A stretch of DNA of 49,724 nt, from the NCBI GenBank assembly GCA_045601585.1, contig JAZRZW010000060.1:1-49724 (forward strand). The letters are read 5' to 3'. Below are positions 1 through 7,470 of the stretch, in pieces. The translations under genes and the position numbers were made by a program. This DNA comes from Faecousia sp. GTDB taxonomy: Bacteria > Bacillota > Clostridia > Oscillospirales > Oscillospiraceae. Each line of letters starts with the position of its first letter. The stretch's first letter is position 1. The notes beneath the pieces are model-generated. The model worked only from the letters and a program-made list of their open reading frames with translations, was not told the DNA's origin and searched no databases.

Positions 1-54
1 ATGTACGTCGACGATACTTGGCGGGCGACTGCCTGGGAAAATAGATAACGCCAA
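1..54 (+). rRNA. rrf: 5S rRNA, 3' part (truncated by window start)
   Basis: GTCGACGATACTTGGCGGGCGACTGCCTGGGAAAATAGATAACGCCAA follows the 3' half pattern of bacterial 5S rRNA (CGATGGTACT...GGGAGAGTAG...CGCC); directly followed by a tRNA. Confidence 0.85.
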
Positions 55-63
55 CACTCATAT

Positions 64-139
64 TCCTCTTTAGCTCAGTCGGTAGAGCGACGGACTGTTA
101 ATCCGCAGGTCGTTGGTTCGAGTCCAACAAGGGGAGCCA
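64..139 (+). tRNA. tRNA-Asn (GTT)
   Basis: Acceptor TCCTCTT/AAGGGGA, D arm GCTC/GAGC, anticodon loop CT-GTT-AA, T arm GTTGG-TTCGAGT-CCAAC, encoded CCA; 76 nt. Confidence 0.97.
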
Positions 140-141
140 AA
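95..141 (+). repeat. att core, tRNA-side copy (47 bp)
   Basis: CTGTTAATCCGCAGGTCGTTGGTTCGAGTCCAACAAGGGGAGCCAAA, identical to 9044..9090; begins in the anticodon loop. Confidence 0.97.
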
Positions 142-143
142 GG

Positions 144-180
144 AAAGACTGCTAATCTTAAGGTTAGCAGTCTTTTTTTT
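144..180 (+). terminator. Intrinsic terminator after tRNA-Asn (element-derived)
   Basis: AAAGACTGCTAATC-TTAA-GGTTAGCAGTCTTT followed by T run. Confidence 0.85.
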
Positions 181-245
181 GCTGTTTTTGCCATTCGTAA
201 CAAGTAAAAAGTAGTAGTAACGATTAGGAAGTATTCGTGTCTTTT

Positions 246-309
246 TGGGCGCCAAATGGGCGTCAAATGGACGTTTGGAGCCGATTTAGGACGCCAATAG
301 GGCGGCGTG
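246..309 (+). repeat. Tandem 11-bp imperfect repeats, candidate integrase arm-type sites
   Basis: TGGGCGCCAAA (246), TGGGCGTCAAA (257), TGGACGTTTGG (268), AGGACGCCAAT (288); related TGGTCGCCAAA at 8971. Confidence 0.6.
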
Positions 310-642
310 GCGACCTGGATTAGCTAAATATTCCCATAACCCTCGGGAATAATGAATAGCTGTGGGAGGCTGAATGGGAGGTTCATAGAATGATCTTCGG
401 CAGGACAGCAATGGGGGTCTCACTGGTGCTTTGAGAAATTCCCTTGTTCCCACAAGAATAACGAGTGATAGTATTTCTAGGAAAATTCCGTCCTGTATTG
501 CCTGGATAGGTATCCCACGGTCTTTGCCTATTCTTCCCTTGCTTTGGAGGTTATCCCGGGCAAGGTTTTTCTTTTTGTTGCCATTTTGTCGCCCTAGCAA
601 AAAAGTGCCGCCGAAGCAGCACTTTCAGTATAGGGTTGCTGA

Positions 643-1773
643 TTACGGACAAATTACCTTGTCCATGATTTCAGCTGCATTTTCGTCCATGGTTTGTGTA
701 CGATGCACGTATAAGTCCATGGTGGTTTTATAGCTGGCGTGGCCTAGACGGCTCTGTACGGTCTTGTAGTCTACTTTATTAGCAACCATTGATGTAGCAC
801 AGCTGTGACGTAGATCATGGAGTCGTATGTGCTTTAAGTTATTCTTTGCCATGAAGCGGTCCCACTTTTGAGTGAGGGAGTCCGGATGGTAAGGAGAACC
901 ATCTTTTAGGTGGATCACATACTCCTCCTTTGAAAAACCGGGGCCATAGGCTTTACGCTTTTCTTCATACTCAGCCTTGGCTATCTGCAGAATTTTACAG
1001 GTGCTTGGGCCGATGGTAATGGTTCGGTTGCTTGATTTACTCTTAGGTTGTTTTGTAATTACCTTACCCTTTACAGCTACCCGGTTTTCTTTTATATGTA
1101 TTTGTCGGTTCTCCAGATCGATGTGCTGCCATTTTAGAGCGCACAGCTCACCACGACGGAGTCCAACGGATAGACCCAGAAAAACCAACAAGAAGGCATC
1201 TGTACCTTGTGCAGCGTTTATAGCTGTCTGTATCTCAGTATCAGTATATATCGCAGCATTGTATTTTTCCAACTTTGGAAGGATGGTGTACTGACATGGG
1301 TTACTGGGTAGCATATTTAATTGTACCGCTGTCTTCATTGCACTGTAGAGACATTGGTGGGCATTTTTAATTGTTCTAGCTGATAACCCACGTTCATCCA
1401 TAGTCTTGACCCATGTCTGCACAAAGGTTCCATCAATGTGGTTGATTGGGATGTGTCCCATTGCCGGAATGATATAATTGTTGATTTTCTCTTTATAGCC
1501 ATTTCTAGTTGACTCTTCGATGTTAGGTTTATGGATGGAGAGCCAAGTGGAAAGCCATGCCTCGGTAGTTATGGGTGTGAACTTTCTTATGCCACCATTT
1601 GCTAGCTGGTTGAGCATTTCAAGCTCAACATCCTTAGCCTCCTGTTTGGTGCGAACCGTCTTGGAGAAACGCTTGCGTTCGCAATTAGGACCACGGACAC
1701 CTTCAACAGTTACCTGCCAGCCTGTTACTTTACCTTCTCGGTTTGTTCTTTTTCTGATTGCCATTTTCAACAA
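643..1773 (-). CDS. int: Tyrosine recombinase/integrase (ICEBs1/phage type)
   Basis: GLRRGEL, HDLRH, RLGH and catalytic Tyr in TMDLYVH; N-terminal arm-binding-like region; start may be ATG at 1764. Confidence 0.95.
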   Translation of the reverse strand: MLKMAIRKRTNREGKVTGWQVTVEGVRGPNCERKRFSKTVRTKQEAKDVELEMLNQLANGGIRKFTPITTEAWLSTWLSIHKPNIEESTRNGYKEKINNYIIPAMGHIPINHIDGTFVQTWVKTMDERGLSARTIKNAHQCLYSAMKTAVQLNMLPSNPCQYTILPKLEKYNAAIYTDTEIQTAINAAQGTDAFLLVFLGLSVGLRRGELCALKWQHIDLENRQIHIKENRVAVKGKVITKQPKSKSSNRTITIGPSTCKILQIAKAEYEEKRKAYGPGFSKEEYVIHLKDGSPYHPDSLTQKWDRFMAKNNLKHIRLHDLRHSCATSMVANKVDYKTVQSRLGHASYKTTMDLYVHRTQTMDENAAEIMDKVICP

Positions 1774-1822
1774 TCTCCTTTCTTAATGTACAAATTTATT
1801 ATATATATCTACCGGGAGGCAA

Positions 1823-2023
1823 TTAACGCCTCCGGGTTAGATACATGGGAGCAGAAGGCTGCTTACTAAGATGAGCAGCTAGCTTGTCTTTAGGTACTCG
1901 GTACTGACGGCCTATTTTTATGGCCAGATTATGATGTTTAACATACATTAACGCAGTTTCATAGGAAACTCGCAGTATTTTAGCAACCTCGTAGATGTTA
2001 AGTAGTTCAGTCATTTTCTGCAT
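1823..2023 (-). CDS. Excisionase-like HTH protein
   Basis: LLNIYEVAKILRVS...IKIGRQYRVPK is an HTH_17/Xis pattern; directly upstream of the integrase; probable start 2014 overlapping the helicase stop. Confidence 0.8.
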   Translation of the reverse strand: MQKMTELLNIYEVAKILRVSYETALMYVKHHNLAIKIGRQYRVPKDKLAAHLSKQPSAPMYLTRRR

Positions 2024-3839
2024 CCTCCTCGTCAGCGGTGTCCAGTAGCGCTTTTAGCTGCGATGCAGGATGTTGGACTAGCTTGCTTTTAGACATTGTG
2101 GGCGGTGTAGCAAGTGTAGAGCCAAAGACCCGCAGAACAAACACATCTTCACTCTTTTCAGATGCCTTATCGATTTTTCTTGAGCGAGTAAAGCGGTCAG
2201 CATCGTGATCTAGTACACCCATGGAGCGCCATTCTTCATAGCACGCTTTAGGGTTTGGAAAATTGTTCTTATGCAGAACGTGTTCTAGGAAACTACGGCG
2301 AATCTCGTACTGCTCGATCACGATTCGTCCATCCGGAAGAATGGCGTTGGGATAGGTAATGCGACCATAGCTTTTAATAGTTGGATCAGCTTCACCTTTG
2401 CGGAAGAAACTGGTTTTATTAGTGCTGCAAGCGTCAATTACAACCTTGTAGCTGTTGGCCAAGACATTTCGAGCGTTGCCACTGATCGTCTCGTGCTCTA
2501 TAAAGTACTGCAGGAGGCCGGCAGTGTCGAAAGGAAGGTCAAGAGCCTTGCTAGCCAGTTCGGCGGTAGTCATAATGAGTGCCAAAAACTTTTCCACAAA
2601 TCTAGCAGTTGTAGAGGTGTTCGGAAGTTGTGTAGGCAGAGATTGACAGTAACCTTTGAACATAGCAAGAACCATGGCATAGCCACCGTGGTCCAGGATG
2701 TATTGGGCCAACATTGGACCGGCCCATCCGTTGTGATTACGGCTGACGTCCTTAATTATGCGAGCCTGCTCTGCTTTGTCGGTTAGCCTGTCAGGAATTT
2801 CAAGTACTCGTACCTGCAAACCGGTAACCTTGCTTATACAGCGGTCTAGCAAAGAAACCTCACCAGAACTAATAATCGACGTAGCATAACCTTCGGAGGT
2901 ATAGGTGCTCATGTTCCTATCAAGTCTAGTCTTATCTGTTCCTTCACTAAGGTTGTAGCAAATTCTGCTCATATCCTTGCCATCAAATTTGCCTAGTTCA
3001 TTTAAGATGATGGCAGCACCCCTGTTGCCACAACATTGAGCAGTGGTTGCATTTTCTGTTGCGCTCCAGCTACCATAGATACTACGGTTGATCGTGATCT
3101 CACCGGCTCTGTTAGAATGGCGCTTTTCCCCTTCGTAAGGAACACCGAACACAGAGGTAGCGGCATATAGGGAAGTGGTCTTACCACAACCAGAAGGTCC
3201 ACACAAATGGAATATAGGGTTCTCGCCGGTGGTAGTTGGGCCAATTAGACCGTTGACTACTGAGGAAAGACTTGCTAGCAACACTAGTTCTAGGGGTGGA
3301 TGACCTATGATCTGCTGCTTTACCATCTCTCGCCAGTTGTCAAATTTACCCATGGGAGTGATGCTGTATGGACCATCATACTTGGCACAGCAACCACCAA
3401 GTAAGCGGTTTGCTCGGTAGTGTAGCTGACTACCGGTGATGGCACCGGTCTCATCACGCATGGGAACATGGATCCATCCAAGGTGCGAATATACTTTCGA
3501 TGGTTTATATCCTTGCTGTTCTAGATCGGACTCTTGACGCATAATCGATTCAACGAGAATATCAAACCAGTGTTTGGGAGCTTTTGCACCGATTTTGTTA
3601 AGGGATTGAATCAATCGGTTATCAGAGAGCTCTTCGCGAGAGACAGTCACAGTACGTATCTCGCCCATGTAGTCCATGGAAAGTTCGAGGCGTACTTCTC
3701 TTGTCTCGATGTTTTCAGTAATACTGTTAATTAGAATAGCCTTACCAAGTGGGACGAAGGTGGAGGCCTTTGTTTTGGTGGGGTTAGTCCAGTAGCCATA
3801 CTGGTCGCCCTCGATAGCAGCATATAATTTGCGGTTCAT
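2007..3839 (-). CDS. DUF927-domain AAA+ helicase, Cch-like (MCM-related)
   Basis: HLGW motif, Walker A GPSGCGKTT, SWSATENA, Walker B IILNEL, YNLSEG..K.R, ISSGE, NHNGWAG and a C-terminal GVLDHDADRFTRSR winged-helix-like segment; ATG 3839 follows AAAGGAG. Confidence 0.8.
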   Translation of the reverse strand: MNRKLYAAIEGDQYGYWTNPTKTKASTFVPLGKAILINSITENIETREVRLELSMDYMGEIRTVTVSREELSDNRLIQSLNKIGAKAPKHWFDILVESIMRQESDLEQQGYKPSKVYSHLGWIHVPMRDETGAITGSQLHYRANRLLGGCCAKYDGPYSITPMGKFDNWREMVKQQIIGHPPLELVLLASLSSVVNGLIGPTTTGENPIFHLCGPSGCGKTTSLYAATSVFGVPYEGEKRHSNRAGEITINRSIYGSWSATENATTAQCCGNRGAAIILNELGKFDGKDMSRICYNLSEGTDKTRLDRNMSTYTSEGYATSIISSGEVSLLDRCISKVTGLQVRVLEIPDRLTDKAEQARIIKDVSRNHNGWAGPMLAQYILDHGGYAMVLAMFKGYCQSLPTQLPNTSTTARFVEKFLALIMTTAELASKALDLPFDTAGLLQYFIEHETISGNARNVLANSYKVVIDACSTNKTSFFRKGEADPTIKSYGRITYPNAILPDGRIVIEQYEIRRSFLEHVLHKNNFPNPKACYEEWRSMGVLDHDADRFTRSRKIDKASEKSEDVFVLRVFGSTLATPPTMSKSKLVQHPASQLKALLDTADEEDAEND

Positions 3840-3885
3840 AGTTCTTTGCTCCTTTGTATTTATTTTTAGGAAATTTTCCGAGACC

Positions 3886-3894
3886 ATTATAGCA
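3886..3894 (-). promoter_or_regulatory. Extended -10 promoter for the helicase-xis-int operon
   Basis: TGcTATAAT on the minus strand ~47 nt before the helicase start. Confidence 0.55.
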
Positions 3895-4032
3895 AATTGA
3901 TGTTTTCAAAATGCCGAAAAAAGGCCCTCCATTGACTGGTCAAAAGACACCCAATATTGCTTTTGATAAGGATGGATTGGCCAGGAGCTTGTCAAGAACT
4001 TTTTTCAAAAAAAGCTAAAAATTTTTCAACAT

Positions 4033-4087
4033 AGAATTAATAAGGAGCAAACGGCTACGAATGTAGCTCGCTTGCTCCTTTAATTCT
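4033..4087. other. Long intergenic inverted repeat/hairpin
   Basis: AGAATTA-AT-AAGGAGCAA ... GCTAC-GAAT-GTAGC ... TTGCTCCTT-TAATTCT. Confidence 0.7.
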
Positions 4088-4115
4088 TATTTGAATGTGA
4101 ATGGGAGGTGTTGGG

Positions 4116-4436
4116 ATGCGTAGGTATGCTTTAGCATCACCGGGACACAAGCAGAATGTGGATTTAAGGGATTATGAGGATGTGATTGTAGCTGCGGTTA
4201 TGGCAGCAATGAAGGATGTAGAGGGAGTCTCTGTGGTGGTATATGAGAGATACTACGAGGTCTCGCCCTCTCCGAGCAGAGGTGTAGCAGTAGCCATAGG
4301 TCGTGCGATCTGCAAGTCCGGTCTTGGTAAGTGCTGCGTGCAGATTCCTAAGTTGTTTTCAAGTGTTGAGGTATGTGTAGATAAGGAGGAGAAGAATGAC
4401 GAACAAAAGACAAACAGACTGGGTGGACATATGTGA
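4116..4436 (+). CDS. Hypothetical protein
   Basis: ATG 4116 after GGAGGTG; overlaps the next gene. Confidence 0.7.
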   Translation: MRRYALASPGHKQNVDLRDYEDVIVAAVMAAMKDVEGVSVVVYERYYEVSPSPSRGVAVAIGRAICKSGLGKCCVQIPKLFSSVEVCVDKEEKNDEQKTNRLGGHM

Positions 4437-4599
4437 GATCGTATCGTGCTACTTGCCGGTCAGTAAGCGCAAAGCACGAAAGTTTGCGGAGTGTTATTGT
4501 GTTACTAAAAAGGTCGGTGGTCGTATCTATGTTGAGCGCAAGCAGTTGGAGGCTTTACTAGCCGACCCTGATAGGGAGAACTTTCCGTTAGATTTTTGA
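4396..4599 (+). CDS. Small DNA-binding protein, Xis/HTH-like
   Basis: AAGGAGGAG RBS; KKVGGRIYVERKQLEALL wing-like motif. Confidence 0.65.
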   Translation: MTNKRQTDWVDICEIVSCYLPVSKRKARKFAECYCVTKKVGGRIYVERKQLEALLADPDRENFPLDF

Positions 4600-4640
4600 A
4601 ACGTAACGAAGCAGAAGATAGACATATATAATTATTGTGA

Positions 4641-4680
4641 TAGCACATAGAGCGGTTTGCTCTATGTGCTAATTTCTTTT
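4641..4680 (+). terminator. Hairpin/terminator
   Basis: TAGCACATAGAGC-GGTTT-GCTCTATGTGCTA then ATTTCTTTT. Confidence 0.6.
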
Positions 4681-4697
4681 ATTGGAGGTATGAACCA

Positions 4698-5048
4698 TTG
4701 TATTGCTGCTTAGGTACTGCTAAGGAATGTGTATCCCTGTGTGGCAAATTGCCACAGAGAGTGTACGAGGAAATTTTGCGAGGTGTCGCGGTGCTTGATT
4801 GTGAGTATGGGAAAGAAAGGAATTACTTGGATGTTGGCGGTTTTTCCCTAATTGCTGACACGGAGGAAGACCTTGGTAAGGCTAGAGATCTGTTTGATGA
4901 TCGTTGGCACTACTGCGAGTGGGCGACAAGGTTAGGGGATAGTGGATACATTTCAGTACTCTATCTTTTGAACAATGAGTTCAGCGTTATGCTGTATACC
5001 AAAGAAAGCCTCGCTAACAAGGACATCTTAGAAAATTTGGAGGATTGA
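4698..5048 (+). CDS. Hypothetical protein
   Basis: GGAGG RBS 9 nt before TTG; abuts the DUF1643 gene. Confidence 0.7.
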   Translation: MYCCLGTAKECVSLCGKLPQRVYEEILRGVAVLDCEYGKERNYLDVGGFSLIADTEEDLGKARDLFDDRWHYCEWATRLGDSGYISVLYLLNNEFSVMLYTKESLANKDILENLED

Positions 5049-5644
5049 TTATGAAAGAGATTGTAAGCAAGTTGAAGACAGAGATTGTAATGTCGGATGA
5101 CGAAACACGGCGTTACAGTTTGCGCAAGATGTGGGATGGCAGCAAGCCTTCCTTGGCTATTTTGATGATCTGTCCCAGTTCGTCCGGAGAAGTTTCCGTT
5201 GATACCAGTACGATGTTGACGCTTGGGAATTGCTATCGACTTGGCTATGGTAGTGTCACTATTATCAATTTATTTAGCGAGGTGAATGAGTTCGATTTGA
5301 AGGGTGTGAGCGAAAAGGATGATGAGAATTTGCAAGCAATTTTGAAGGCTGCAGAATCGGTTGATTGCTTTGTGATAGGCGCCGGTACCGGTAAGACTAA
5401 GAATAAGATCTTTCAGCGTCGTCTTGAGCAGGTGTTGCTGGCCCTGCGTCCCTATGAGGATAAGCTTCATTGCTTATGTGACGAAAAAGGCGGCAGCCGA
5501 GGTCTCCATCCCTTGAGTCCTCGTTTGAGGCGGTGGCGCTTAAGCAAGTGTTCCGTATCGGAGTTTATCGACATTTCTATGGAGGAAATAGCCCCCAAGA
5601 AAAAAGGAAAAAGCAATCCTTCCACCAAGCAGACAGAGAAATGA
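5045..5644 (+). CDS. DUF1643 domain protein
   Basis: RYSLRKMWD...IxMICPS...D.ST...GYGSVTIINLFS...HPL pattern of DUF1643. Confidence 0.8.
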   Translation: MIMKEIVSKLKTEIVMSDDETRRYSLRKMWDGSKPSLAILMICPSSSGEVSVDTSTMLTLGNCYRLGYGSVTIINLFSEVNEFDLKGVSEKDDENLQAILKAAESVDCFVIGAGTGKTKNKIFQRRLEQVLLALRPYEDKLHCLCDEKGGSRGLHPLSPRLRRWRLSKCSVSEFIDISMEEIAPKKKGKSNPSTKQTEK

Positions 5645-5836
5645 GAAAGAGACCCCGGCCCCAATATGTTGGGGCTGGGGGCAATTCGCAGGATCGCAGA
5701 AAAAGAGGAGGTTTCTGCGATCCGTATTGAGTTGAGAGGGAAACAGATGGGATTGTTATCTGGCCTTGTGGTGCCTATGAGAAACGAGCCTTCATAGAGG
5801 CCGTTCAGTTCGGCGCCCATCTGATGTTGGAACTGC

Positions 5837-5870
5837 AAAAAAAGATGCCCCGTTCCGTGAACAGGGCATC
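5837..5870 (-). terminator. Intrinsic terminator for minus-strand cargo genes
   Basis: GATGCCCTGTTC-ACG-GAACGGGGCATC then T7 on the minus strand. Confidence 0.7.
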
Positions 5871-5882
5871 CCATTATTTGCT

Positions 5883-6467
5883 TTAGATCACTTCAACTGC
5901 ATCCAGGCCTATATTACTGCCGCAGTCCAGATCAAACGCTTTTCTTTTTTTTACAAGGATACCCTTGATATCCTCGCCATAGAACAAAGCACGATCCATG
6001 CGCTCGGTCTTACAGTTTACAAAGCGGCAATCCATCACACCGCTAATGCCGGTACCTTCAACTAAATATGCGCCGTTTCTCAGCTCAATGTTTTCGAAAG
6101 TGCAGTTGGTGATATCACAATTTTCAGGGAAAATTACGGCATCGTTATCGCAGAAAATATCGGCAAAGGAACAGTCTGTGACGGAGCCCTTATAGCAAAA
6201 AACTGTTTTAGGGTTAGCTATTTTACAGTTTTTGATGCCCCCATCCCAGGTCGTGATATCGCAATTGGTCAAGGTGCAGTTAAATAGACCGCTACAGTCA
6301 ACATGACAGTTTTCAAAGCTGCAGTTACTAATTGAACAATCGAGACTTTCGACTTTGCAGTTACGGAAGGTAAGACCACCCTCTGTAATATCTGTGGTTG
6401 CACGGATCTCCTGATTTTCGAAGGTCTTGTTTTCTACATCTATGGGTTCAGAAATAGTAATCATCAT
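5883..6467 (-). CDS. Cys-rich pentapeptide/beta-helix repeat protein
   Basis: Repeated xNCxF/I units (ISNCSFENC, LFNCTLTNC, ITNCTFENI); AGGAGG RBS. Confidence 0.7.
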   Translation of the reverse strand: MMITISEPIDVENKTFENQEIRATTDITEGGLTFRNCKVESLDCSISNCSFENCHVDCSGLFNCTLTNCDITTWDGGIKNCKIANPKTVFCYKGSVTDCSFADIFCDNDAVIFPENCDITNCTFENIELRNGAYLVEGTGISGVMDCRFVNCKTERMDRALFYGEDIKGILVKKRKAFDLDCGSNIGLDAVEVI

Positions 6468-6504
6468 AATGTCCTCCTATTGTATTATTTCTGTATAGTG
6501 CGTC

Positions 6505-6984
6505 TTAGAACATATATTTGTCGATAAAGTCCTGCTTTGTTTTGATAGACTCGTCGAGAAGCGTGTTGGTTTTCAGATAATCGTCATAGCAAAGCATACC
6601 GAAATACACGAAATAGTTGCCAAACTCACAGATTTTGTCGGTGTTTCCTTCTGCAATATCATCCTGCAACAACTTAATCATCCGTTTGTCGCTGCAGACG
6701 GTGTAGAAGTCATACAGTTGATTCGATTGCATGGAGACGTTGCCACTTTCGCTGACTTTTCCACGCATTTGTACACCACCCTTTACTTTAAGGATGATAC
6801 AAGAATAGGTTTCTTCGGTATAGCTTGTAATAGTATCAGAGTATGCCATTCTGGCGAAGAAACCGGAAGGCGCAGGCTTGGGATTCTTTTTTGTGTGCTT
6901 CACAGAAAAAGTGATTTCTGTTTCCTCAATCTCAACAATATCCATGGGGTTGATTGCTGTGTTGCCGATTATTAGAATACTCAT
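6505..6984 (-). CDS. Hypothetical protein
   Basis: 159-aa ORF with AAAGGA RBS, co-oriented with its neighbours. Confidence 0.7.
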   Translation of the reverse strand: MSILIIGNTAINPMDIVEIEETEITFSVKHTKKNPKPAPSGFFARMAYSDTITSYTEETYSCIILKVKGGVQMRGKVSESGNVSMQSNQLYDFYTVCSDKRMIKLLQDDIAEGNTDKICEFGNYFVYFGMLCYDDYLKTNTLLDESIKTKQDFIDKYMF

Positions 6985-7009
6985 TGTTTTCTTTTCCTTT
7001 CATTTGTAC

Positions 7010-7270
7010 TTAATCTTCAAGACTGTCTTTTATAATTCTCCGAATTGTTTTCTCAGAGTAATTATACTTGATTGCGAGGGTGCGTATGTTGGTGCCGTCA
7101 TACTCTTTGACGATGATTTGCTGGATCCTTGTGGGGTTGAAGAATCGTACAGGGAAGTTGATCTGCTGGCCTTTGAACAGTTGGTAGATCTCCATTGCAG
7201 TATCCATACCCAACTTTTCGCCGATCTCTCTATACACTGTATTAAGTAACTCAGAATCGTTTTCCGCCAT
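7010..7270 (-). CDS. Mor transcription activator family protein
   Basis: FKGQQINFP...EYDGTNIRTLAIKYNYSEKTIRRII; ATG 7270 after GAGGTG. Confidence 0.85.
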   Translation of the reverse strand: MAENDSELLNTVYREIGEKLGMDTAMEIYQLFKGQQINFPVRFFNPTRIQQIIVKEYDGTNIRTLAIKYNYSEKTIRRIIKDSLED

Positions 7271-7373
7271 CCGCATCACCTCTTTGGGAAATTCTACCAA
7301 ATTCGACTTCTCAAGTCTAATCCCAAAGTCCACGTGTTTGTCCATGTAAATTTATCTCCATAAAATATAAAAT

Positions 7374-7407
7374 CCCTCATGGAAAGGCAAGCCTGTTTCC
7401 ATGAGGG
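7374..7407. terminator. Hairpin downstream of the membrane protein gene
   Basis: CCCTCATGGAAA/TTTCCATGAGGG 12-bp stem. Confidence 0.55.
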
Positions 7408-7470
7408 TCGGGGTTATTATATTTATTTTTAGTTTGGACAAATACGGTATGATTGCTTGGGGTTCTATGG

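Noticed and set aside
90-106. A27:C43 mismatch in the tRNA-Asn anticodon stem as damage from integration
   Set aside because: Both att copies have the same base, so it predates integration
70-733. Small ORFs 70..255, 75..266, 286..600, 431..733
   Set aside because: Overlap the tRNA, att and repeat region or the integrase; no convincing RBS or protein features
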